Below, piece after piece: positions 10,071 through 17,921 of a stretch of 64,000 nucleotides of DNA. The notes beneath the pieces are model-generated. The model did not search any database and was not told the origin of the DNA. It saw nothing but the letters and a program-made list of their open reading frames with translations. This DNA is from Bythopirellula sp. (lineage in GTDB: Bacteria; Planctomycetota; Planctomycetia; Pirellulales; Lacipirellulaceae): the NCBI GenBank assembly GCA_965216565.1, contig OZ244170.1:3680001-3744000 (forward strand). Reading direction: 5' to 3'. A program made the translations under genes and the position numbers. The stretch's first letter is position 1; the number at the start of each line of letters is the position of its first letter.

Positions 10071-10634
10071 TTATTGTGGTGTTGAAAACTGATCGGGAGC
10101 CACCGTTGCCAACGCCCTTCTCATTTTGGCGCGAGCACGATGTAGCCGCGCTTCCACGGCACTAGCGCTGATTCCCAAGTGATCTGCCAATTCTCGATAA
10201 CTCCAATCCTCTGTATATTTCAGCATCAGCATTTCGGCATCTCGCGGGGGCAAGTGCTCGATAGCTTGTCGAACGATCTGTTGCTGTTCTCTGACAAGAA
10301 GCCAATCAAGTGGATCGGGTTCTTGAGTGAACGAATCTTCTTGGCGATCGGCATAACTTCGGATTAGCTTCTTGCGTCGTCCCACCCGTCGGCGGTACTG
10401 CAAGGCAGCGGTCACTGCAATGCGATAAAGCCAAGGGGCCAGCTTCGCAGGATCACGCAATTTCGCAGATCCTGCTATTGCCGTTGCACTGACCTCTTGA
10501 AAAACGTCCTCCACAGCCGACGCCTCCACTCCCCGGGCCAACATCACCGTCAATAGCCAACGCCGATGGGCAGACAATGCTTGCTGCCAATCGATGATTG
10601 TCTGGTCTGCGTTTGACTGGTCGGGCGAATTCAT
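10071..10634 (-). CDS. ECF RNA polymerase sigma-70 factor
   Basis: VEDVFQEV, LAPWLYRIAV, WSYRELADHLGISASAVEARLHRAR; alternative TTG start at 10646. Confidence 0.93.
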   Translation of the reverse strand: MNSPDQSNADQTIIDWQQALSAHRRWLLTVMLARGVEASAVEDVFQEVSATAIAGSAKLRDPAKLAPWLYRIAVTAALQYRRRVGRRKKLIRSYADRQEDSFTQEPDPLDWLLVREQQQIVRQAIEHLPPRDAEMLMLKYTEDWSYRELADHLGISASAVEARLHRARAKMRRALATVAPDQFSTPQ

Positions 10635-10734
10635 AGGCTTGGACAATGCGACGCCGGAAAGATAGTTACCGCGGGGCTACACATCTTGCGGTTTATTTTT
10701 GAGGAATTCACTGGCGGTCGCAAATTCTTGCCAG

Positions 10735-12003
10735 CTATGCACTTTCGGCGAAGCTCTGGAGCGGAGTATCCGTCGGCGAGAATTTCAGCCAACCCCACAG
10801 CAGGACTGCTCCGGCCAGCAGAAATAGGCTGATATTCTGCGAAATGCTCAACCCCGTGCCGAATACGGCTGACTCATCGATGCGGATAATTTCCAGCAGG
10901 AATCGGGAGATCGGGTAAATCGCGAGCAGCAACCCGATCACCTGGCCATCTCGCTTGCGGAAGGGATAGAACGACCACAGGAGCCACGCGAGCAGCGCAG
11001 CATTGATTGAACTGTAGAGCTGCGTGGGATGCAGTGGCCGACTGCGTGGCGATAGACTCCCATCGAGTTCGAACGATTCGCCCGAGGCCAATGTGAGTCT
11101 CAAGGGTTGCTCTCGGCCCGAGCTTTCAAACAGCTCTTCTTGCACAACTTGCATATCGCTGGCGTCTCGGTCATTGATTTTTCGCAGCTGGGCTCCCGGC
11201 TCCATGCCTGCTAATTCTGCCGCAGAGCCACTCTCCACCGAGAGGATCGCCGGCTGATCCTGTTGCGTGACGGAAGAACCAATTTGAATTCCAAACGCGC
11301 TGCCTTGGCCGAGCTGTTCGAAGTAGGGAATGCTGTCGCGGGGAAACGTCACGCCCCAGGGGTGATCTGTCTGACCACCATAACAACAACCGTTGAGTAA
11401 ACAGCCGATCCTGCCAAACGCCAAACCGATCATCAAACTCGGTGCGACGATATCCGCAAAAGCCAACACCGGCAGCTTATTTTTGCGAGCCAACAGAACA
11501 AAGGCCAAGGTCCCACCGATGATCGAACCATAGAAGACCAAGCCACCCTCGGTAAACTTGAACACCTCAATAAGTGTTGCTTTCCAGTTTCCTTTGTCGA
11601 ACCGAGCATCCCAATACTCGATCACAAAAAACAACCTGGCACCAGCGATACCACTGATGAAAACGCCGAATGCCATCGAGATAATGACGTCCGGGTTGAG
11701 CCCCACCTGACGTGCGCGGTACAGCACCATCGCCATCGCGGCGATCGAACCCAAGAGTACCATCACACCATATCCGCGAATGGGAAGTCCCTCAGGGAAT
11801 AGCCGCGGCACGAGCAAGAATACGGCGCCGCCTAACAACCAACCTGGCAAATAACCTGCTAGTTCACTCGCAGGACGATTACTGCGAAGCAAATATATAC
11901 CAACCGCAATTCCGACGATCACCCAAATCGCCAGCAAAATGCCCATCCCAAACAATGGCATGCCATGGAGTTCGATCGGAATACGAAACAGTTCTGAACA
12001 CAT
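10735..12003 (-). CDS. lgt: Prolipoprotein diacylglyceryl transferase with inserted PDZ-like domain
   Basis: IRGYG, GARLFFV, EGGLVFYG, GRIGCLLNG, HPTQLY, SRFLLEIIR motifs; start at ATG 12003. Confidence 0.9.
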   Translation of the reverse strand: MCSELFRIPIELHGMPLFGMGILLAIWVIVGIAVGIYLLRSNRPASELAGYLPGWLLGGAVFLLVPRLFPEGLPIRGYGVMVLLGSIAAMAMVLYRARQVGLNPDVIISMAFGVFISGIAGARLFFVIEYWDARFDKGNWKATLIEVFKFTEGGLVFYGSIIGGTLAFVLLARKNKLPVLAFADIVAPSLMIGLAFGRIGCLLNGCCYGGQTDHPWGVTFPRDSIPYFEQLGQGSAFGIQIGSSVTQQDQPAILSVESGSAAELAGMEPGAQLRKINDRDASDMQVVQEELFESSGREQPLRLTLASGESFELDGSLSPRSRPLHPTQLYSSINAALLAWLLWSFYPFRKRDGQVIGLLLAIYPISRFLLEIIRIDESAVFGTGLSISQNISLFLLAGAVLLWGWLKFSPTDTPLQSFAESA

Positions 12004-12027
12004 AGAGAAAAACTTCGAGTCGCTGTG

Positions 12028-12054
12028 AGCCGGAGGCAAGTGTGCCTCCGGCTA
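12028..12054. repeat. Family B palindrome (TAGCCGGAGGCACAC-type)
   Basis: AGCCGGAGGCAAGTGTGCCTCCGGCTA; related copies at 16666, 38716, 41798, 53570. Confidence 0.85.
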
Positions 12055-12066
12055 GGACATCCCAAT

Positions 12067-12933
12067 CTAGGGCATCCCAATCGTGTGGTTATCGATCAAT
12101 CGAGCTGGCCCGACCCTTGCAGCCAACGCCACGGTCGTCGGCCCCTCGATTGTTTCCACCTCGGTCATGGTTCCGTCCTTCAGAAAGGCAATGTAGTCGA
12201 TCTGGCCGATGCCCGACGATGCCAATTGCTCTCGCATTTGCTGCTCCAACACAGCGCAGTTTTGTTCGCCCGCGGCATGCTGCTGCTCAGCTAGCTCAAG
12301 AGATTTCCACAAAGCGGTTGCTTGCTGGCGCTCTCCTGCATCTAAATAGGAGTTTCGCGAACTCATCGCCAGCCCATCCGACTCGCGCACAATTGGGCAT
12401 ACCTTGATTTCCACGGGCAGATGAAAATCTTCTACCAATTTGCGGATCACCAGCGACTGCTGATAATCCTTTCGGCCAAAATACGCGAAGTCGGCCGGCA
12501 CAAGCTGAAACAACTTCATTACCACAGTCGCTACGCCTCGAAAGTGCGACGTGCGAATCGAGCCTTCAAAGGGCTCAGCGATCCTACCTACATCAATGTA
12601 GGAATCGAATCCTGCCGGATAGATCTCTTCGACAGCAGGCACAAAGGCCACCCAGACTCCACGCTCGGAGAGAAGCTGAATATCTTTCTCCAAGGGCCGC
12701 GGGTAATGCTCAATATCCTCTCCTGGCCCGAACTGCGTGGGATTTACAAATATGCTGACGACCGTCCGGTCACACTCAGCGATCGATGCCTCAACCAGGC
12801 TGAGGTGCCCTTCGTGCAGCGCACCCATAGTCGGCACGAAACCAATCGTGTCTCCCGAAGCCTTAGCTTCCCGAACAGTAGTTTGCACCTCGTGCGGAGA
12901 ACTTAACTGCCGAATGATTTGCGCGTCGATCAT
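12067..12933 (-). CDS. panC: Pantoate--beta-alanine ligase
   Basis: FVPTMGALHEGHLSL, SIFVNPTQF, HFRGVATVV, FGRKDYQQ, DGLAMSSRN, RLIDN. Confidence 0.97.
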   Translation of the reverse strand: MIDAQIIRQLSSPHEVQTTVREAKASGDTIGFVPTMGALHEGHLSLVEASIAECDRTVVSIFVNPTQFGPGEDIEHYPRPLEKDIQLLSERGVWVAFVPAVEEIYPAGFDSYIDVGRIAEPFEGSIRTSHFRGVATVVMKLFQLVPADFAYFGRKDYQQSLVIRKLVEDFHLPVEIKVCPIVRESDGLAMSSRNSYLDAGERQQATALWKSLELAEQQHAAGEQNCAVLEQQMREQLASSGIGQIDYIAFLKDGTMTEVETIEGPTTVALAARVGPARLIDNHTIGMP

Positions 12934-12956
12934 AAATATTTGTTAGGGCATGAATG

Positions 12957-13817
12957 TTAATCGAGGTCTTTAGATTGGGGAGGTGCCGCTGTGAATTCAG
13001 GCCATGCAGCTTGGATGGCAGCCAATACTTCAGGCATCACCGCCTCAGCACTCGGTCCCCCGACAATCGCTAGCGGCCCATTCCAGGAAATTCTATCCCG
13101 CACCTGACATTCATCTTCCAACTGCCCCCGGGAATTGCAATCCCAGGCGACCACCACACCCACATCCGATCCCGCAGTGCAGCGTTGATTTTCGTGTCTT
13201 TGATGCCAGGTCGTGGTAATTTCCAATTCCTCATGCTCCGGCGAGAACGCACTCGTATCTAGGGACAGTTCGTCTTGGAAACGGCTCTTGAGAATCGAAG
13301 ATAATTCCTCGGCTGGCGTGCCATCACTGGCAACTACGGCCACCACTGGCGGTGCCTGCCGGAGATGGCTGGCCAATTGGAAGAGGGTCCATCCGCTCAA
13401 GGGATGAACCATGGCACCAGCAATTTCACAAGCAGGTTCCAAAACAAACCGCCGAAATGTCATTCGAGGATGCGGCACTGTAAGAGAATCGCTGGAAACT
13501 ATCTGGCTGTCGTAAAGCAATAAATCGACATCTATCAACCGCGCATCCCAACGCACGCGACGCTCGCGACCCATGCGAGCCTCTAGGTTGTGCATCTCAT
13601 GGGACAATTCGAGAGGCTGAAGGCGGGTTTCTAGGAGCACGCTCGCATTGAGAAATCCATCCTGCCCAGCAGGGCCACCGACTGGATTGGTGCTGTACCA
13701 CGCGCTCCGCGCCAGCTGATTGGTGCCCGGGAAAAGCGAAATCCCTTTCACCGCCTGGTAGAGATTCTCAGACGGGCACCCCAAATTCGACCCTAGTGCT
13801 AGCAATGCCCGAGCCAT
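12957..13817 (-). CDS. folK: 2-amino-4-hydroxy-6-hydroxymethyldihydropteridine diphosphokinase with C-terminal extension
   Basis: LALGSNLG, FLNA, RWDARLIDVDLLLY, VPHPRMTFRRFVLEP; about 130 extra C-terminal residues. Confidence 0.92.
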   Translation of the reverse strand: MARALLALGSNLGCPSENLYQAVKGISLFPGTNQLARSAWYSTNPVGGPAGQDGFLNASVLLETRLQPLELSHEMHNLEARMGRERRVRWDARLIDVDLLLYDSQIVSSDSLTVPHPRMTFRRFVLEPACEIAGAMVHPLSGWTLFQLASHLRQAPPVVAVVASDGTPAEELSSILKSRFQDELSLDTSAFSPEHEELEITTTWHQRHENQRCTAGSDVGVVVAWDCNSRGQLEDECQVRDRISWNGPLAIVGGPSAEAVMPEVLAAIQAAWPEFTAAPPQSKDLD

Positions 13818-13927
13818 AAATTCCAATCAGTCACGACGTCAAAAAATTTGCCATTACTTTTCTCGCCAGAGACCGAGTAGTCAAGACTGCGAGTCTCGGT
13901 AAGATATGCAATATAGCGACTGGGTAC

Positions 13928-13963
13928 AAAAAAAGGAGTTCAAGACGTCTTGCCTTGAACTCC
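13928..13963 (-). terminator. Rho-independent terminator
   Basis: Minus strand GGAGTTCAAG-9 nt loop-CTTGAACTCC (10-bp perfect stem) followed by T7. Confidence 0.9.
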
Positions 13964-14141
13964 CTTCGTAAGCATCCGTGCCATCAAATGGGGAGGGGCA
14001 TCCAGTCCTCAACAGAAAGCATGCTTCCTGCGCCGACGGGCGTTCCCTACTTTGTCGCCCCCCATAAGTTGAACAGCAATGGCTCGCTAAAATCGTTTAT
14101 TACAGCAGTTCTCAAGTTCGTTTCGACATTCGCAGACGGTT
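13928..14141 (-). ncRNA. Candidate CsrA/RsmA-binding (CsrB/RsmY/RsmZ-like) small RNA
   Basis: Six GGA motifs within 13961-14046 on the minus strand, an ACGGA hairpin, no credible ORF, ends in an intrinsic terminator; 5' end inferred from a sigma28-like promoter. Confidence 0.6.
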
Positions 14142-14147
14142 CGGAAG

Positions 14148-14175
14148 TTATCGTGCAGAAGGTAGACATACTTCA
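14148..14175 (-). promoter_or_regulatory. sigma28(FliA)-like promoter candidate for the sRNA
   Basis: Minus strand TGAAG-N15-CACGATAA; same geometry as 58806-58833. Confidence 0.35.
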
Positions 14176-14671
14176 ATGAAACAACGCAGGAATATCGGAG
14201 ACCTCTCATTCCATAGAGAATCTCGGGCAATAGCACTAACGCCAAACAACGAAAACTGCAGACTATCGCAATGAGGATCATCGGAGCGCAATCTTAGCGC
14301 TGAAAGTCGTGCCAGTTCTTTACCAAGTCCCACCAGTTGCGACCGCCTGGGCCCCAACACAAAAGCAATCGAGGTAATGCCAATCGAGGTAAACAAGACG
14401 AGCAGTCGGAGGCACTGCTCAGGTTTGAGGTCTTCAAATACTAAAAGGTTCCATCAACAGGAGGCGATTTTTGCCGCTCTCGGCACATATGTCAACCATC
14501 GATTTTAATTTTCCGTGTCGAGAAAAGTTACCGAAAAAACAAAATCGACTTGACAAAGTTATTCTAAACAGAATTCCGCTTCGTCCACTTATCTGAATCC
14601 GATTCTGTCGTTTACGATGCGATGTTCTGCTGACCATTTGTTACCACACTGAGACACAATTCCACTTGCCG

Positions 14672-16594
14672 ATGACTACTTCCCAATCGAAAAACAAACC
14701 GGTGCGGATTGCGGCCTTCGAGAGTCGCCGTATGGCCGAAATGGAAAAACTGATTGAGCGCACCGGCGCGGTTCCTTTCGTCAGCCCTTCGATGCGCGAA
14801 GTCATCGTGGAAGAAGATCGTCCCGCCATTGATTTTTGCAATCGATTGATCACCGGGCAAATTGATGTAGCTATTTTTCTCACCGGCGTAGGAGTGACCA
14901 AGTTTTTCGAACGCATCCAGCGACACGTACCGCGTCAACGTGTGCTGGATACTCTTGCCGATATCCAAACCGTAGTTCGTGGCCCCAAACCCTTGGCCGC
15001 GGTCAAAGCAATCGGGATTACTCCCTCGCTACGTGTACCGCCACCAAACACCTGGCGTGAAATTCTTTCTACGCTCGATGCGCAGCTACCCGTTGCGAAC
15101 CAAGTCGTGGGGGTACTCGAGTACGGAGTACCTAACGTCAGTCTGAATGCTGGGCTCGAAGCTCGCGGTGCCACGGTGGAATCGGTATCGATCTATCGTT
15201 GGGATTTGCCCGAAGACATCGAGCCATTGAAAGCTAACGTTCGACGAATCATCGCCGGGGAAATCGATCTGGCGATGTTCACCTCTGCCCAACAAGTGGT
15301 GCACTTACTGAAGATCGCAGGACAACTCCAGCAAGAAGAAGAACTGCGCCAAGCGTTGACCAAAATCGCAATCGCATCCATCGGTCCGACGACTAGCGAA
15401 ATGTTGCGATCGCAAGGACTCTCCGTCGACTTCGAACCCTCCGTTGCAAAAATGGGACACCTCATTAAGGAAGCGACGTCACAAGCGGAGCAACTACAAA
15501 AACGCAAACAACAATTGGCAGCGCAGCTTGTTCTCACCAAGGAGAGCTCGACTGACGGACAATGGGACGACACGCCGTTCATGCGAGCCTGCCGTGGACT
15601 ACCGACACCGTACACGCCCACGTGGCTGATGCGGCAAGCCGGTCGTTACATGGCCGAATATCGCGCCGTGCGAGAGAAGACCTCCTTTCTCGAGTTGTGC
15701 GAAAACCCTCAGCTTTGTAGCGAGGTGATGTGTACAGCTGTTGATAAACTAGGAGTCGACGCGGCGATTATCTTCTCCGACCTGCTCCCTATCCTGCAGC
15801 CGATGGGACTAGACCTGGAATTCGTGGCTGGCGACGGCCCACGTATCAACAACCCGGTTCGTTCAGCCGATGACGTAGGCCGTGTGAAAGAGCTGGAAAA
15901 TGTCGATGCCCTGCACTATGTCGTCGAAACCGTCTCGCAAACCCGCAAGGACTTACCGGCAGATATCCCACTGATCGGATTTGCCGGAGCGCCGTTTACT
16001 TTGGCAAGCTATGCGATTGAAGGTGGCGGCAGCAAGAGCTACCTCCACACCAAGACGCTCATGTATCGTGAACCTGCCGCTTGGAACGATTTAATGCAAC
16101 GGCTCTCGCATTCGATCACGATCTACCTGAATGCTCAGATCGCCGCCGGTGCCCAAGTCGTGCAGCTCTTCGATAGCTGGGTCGGCTGCCTCGCCGTGGA
16201 AGACTACCGCACCTTTGTGATGCCGCATGTGGCCAGCATCATTGGCAATCTGTCGCCCGGAACGCCGGTAATTCACTTCGGCACGGGCAACCCCGCCCTG
16301 TTGGGTTCTATGACCGAAGCCGGTGGCGACGTCATTGGCATCGATTGGCGCATCAATCTTGCTAGCGCCTGGCAAACGGTTGGCACCGATCGCGCTGTCC
16401 AAGGCAATCTCGAGCCGCTTGTGCTGCTCGCGGACCAGGAGACGATCGCAAGCCGCGCGCAAGACGTGCTCGACGCCGCCGCAAATCGGCCCGGGCATAT
16501 TTTCAATCTCGGGCACGGCGTGCTGCCACAGACGCCCGTTGAAAACGCACGGTTCTTGGTCGATTACGTACGCCAAGCCAGTGCTCGACAATAA
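14672..16594 (+). CDS. hemE: Fused uroporphyrinogen-III synthase (HemD) / uroporphyrinogen decarboxylase (HemE)
   Basis: N-half HemD-like (FLTGVGV, VRGPKP, FTSAQQV, SIGPTTSE); C-half HemE (PTWLMRQAGRYMAEYR, AAIIFSDLL, GFAGAPFTLASY, QLFDSW, VQGNLEP, HIFNLGHG). Confidence 0.93.
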   Translation: MTTSQSKNKPVRIAAFESRRMAEMEKLIERTGAVPFVSPSMREVIVEEDRPAIDFCNRLITGQIDVAIFLTGVGVTKFFERIQRHVPRQRVLDTLADIQTVVRGPKPLAAVKAIGITPSLRVPPPNTWREILSTLDAQLPVANQVVGVLEYGVPNVSLNAGLEARGATVESVSIYRWDLPEDIEPLKANVRRIIAGEIDLAMFTSAQQVVHLLKIAGQLQQEEELRQALTKIAIASIGPTTSEMLRSQGLSVDFEPSVAKMGHLIKEATSQAEQLQKRKQQLAAQLVLTKESSTDGQWDDTPFMRACRGLPTPYTPTWLMRQAGRYMAEYRAVREKTSFLELCENPQLCSEVMCTAVDKLGVDAAIIFSDLLPILQPMGLDLEFVAGDGPRINNPVRSADDVGRVKELENVDALHYVVETVSQTRKDLPADIPLIGFAGAPFTLASYAIEGGGSKSYLHTKTLMYREPAAWNDLMQRLSHSITIYLNAQIAAGAQVVQLFDSWVGCLAVEDYRTFVMPHVASIIGNLSPGTPVIHFGTGNPALLGSMTEAGGDVIGIDWRINLASAWQTVGTDRAVQGNLEPLVLLADQETIASRAQDVLDAAANRPGHIFNLGHGVLPQTPVENARFLVDYVRQASARQ

Positions 16595-16615
16595 ACGGCA
16601 TCGCAGCTTTTAACC

Positions 16616-16690
16616 TATGCCCAACCGCCACTGTCGACCCGTCGCGGTGGGCGGACCGAGGCACTCCGGAGGCAGGTGTGCCTCCGGCTA
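16616..16690. repeat. Family B element, long form
   Basis: Reverse complement aligns over ~65 nt with 38716-38789 (TAGCCGGAGGCACAC..TGCCTCC..CCGCCCACC..CGGGT.GACAGTGGCGGT). Confidence 0.8.
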
Positions 16691-16716
16691 TTTGACAAGC
16701 AGAGTGAGCTGTCAGA

Positions 16717-16959
16717 TTAAGCCGAGGGGCGACGGAAGTACTGATATGCTAGCAGCACTTCGTACAGGTCCGTGGAGACGGTGATATCATCGTCTTCGAA
16801 GTCGCTCAGCCAGGTACGCTGGCTATTCACAGCGTCGGCCAACAGCGGAAGAATTTCACCGGCCGAGACGGTAATGCAGCTTTGGCCCGACTCGTTCTTG
16901 GAGATCGTCGGAGCTTCTGTTTGCTCGGGACCACAGTACAATTTCAGATTATGAGGCAT
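16717..16959 (-). CDS. Small hypothetical protein (80 aa)
   Basis: ATG with AAGGA SD; protein-like C-terminus (ILPLLADAV..RTWLSDFEDD..STDLYEVLLAY); upstream promoter motifs. Confidence 0.75.
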   Translation of the reverse strand: MPHNLKLYCGPEQTEAPTISKNESGQSCITVSAGEILPLLADAVNSQRTWLSDFEDDDITVSTDLYEVLLAYQYFRRPSA

Positions 16960-17052
16960 GTCGAGGGTTCCTTCCCATCGATAGTGGATTTTCTTAACAA
17001 CTACTCAACCGCGCACTACAGCACAGCAAGACCATGCCCCCATCTTTGAAAG

Positions 17053-17081
17053 TTATCGGCAGCACCGGCTGTGGGCATTAA
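17053..17081 (-). promoter_or_regulatory. sigma28-like promoter
   Basis: Minus strand TAAT-N16-GCCGATAA with a perfect FliA -10 box, upstream of the 80-aa gene. Confidence 0.55.
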
Positions 17082-17388
17082 ACCTATTCGCCAGCTATTT
17101 CCGTTTTTTCCGGCAAAGGTGCTAGCACCAGCGGTGCTGAGAAAGGAAGGAGATGGGTTTCCGCAGCTTCGTTGCAGGATGGTTTCGATAGGCCCCTCGA
17201 TTCGATGGATTCAGATCAGAAGAACGATGGGCTGCTGAGTCGATTTGGCCCAACCACGGCCCGCCAACATCGGTGCAAGTCTGCACGCTGTAAACGCCAT
17301 CCCCAATATCCCCATTCATCCCCGCATCTCCTTCCCTTAGTCCACCCGCAGGGCTTGCATCGCTAGCTGACCGCGATACGGTAGAGGC

Positions 17389-17871
17389 ATGGATTTCAAG
17401 CAACGACTACAACGTGCCACCGAGCGTGGCCAGCAGGCCCGCGACGAAGAGGCCCGCAAGGCGGCTGAGGCGGCCCTTTCCGAAGAGGAATGGCGACGTC
17501 TGCACTCCGACTATCGCCTGACGCTCACCGAACATATCGAAAAGTGCCTCAAGCAATTGGGCGAAAACTTTCCCGGCTTCAACTACGAGACCGTCGTCGA
17601 AGACAAGGGCTGGGGCGGAGCCGTGCGACGGGACGACCTCTCCCTCAAGGCCGGCAAGCGCGAAAATCTGTTCAGCCGCCTCACCATGACCGTTAGCCCG
17701 CACAGCGACTACCATGTGCTGGAGCTGCAGGCCAAAGGCACGGTCCGCAACAAAGAGAACTTCAGCCGCAACCACTACCAACTGCTCAAGGAAGCCGATC
17801 TCGATAGCTTCACGCAGTTAGTCGAACAATGGACGCTCGATTACGCCGAGCACTATGCAGCAGGAAGTTAA
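17389..17871 (+). CDS. Hypothetical protein
   Basis: 160-aa ORF with GC3-rich codon usage like the neighbouring core genes; N-terminal charged helix. Confidence 0.8.
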   Translation: MDFKQRLQRATERGQQARDEEARKAAEAALSEEEWRRLHSDYRLTLTEHIEKCLKQLGENFPGFNYETVVEDKGWGGAVRRDDLSLKAGKRENLFSRLTMTVSPHSDYHVLELQAKGTVRNKENFSRNHYQLLKEADLDSFTQLVEQWTLDYAEHYAAGS

Positions 17872-17921
17872 AAAAGTTTGAGGGAAGAACTCATGAAGCT
17901 TGAGCTTTCAACTTCAAACTT

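Noticed and set aside
14075..14092. TTAGCGAGCCATTGCT (minus strand) as a sigma54 promoter for the sRNA
   Set aside because: Lacks the invariant GG at -24.
13955..14637. Four short ORFs (64-82 aa) in the folK-hemE gap
   Set aside because: Mostly non-ATG starts, no SD, no motif, mutually overlapping; a very small peptide cannot be excluded.
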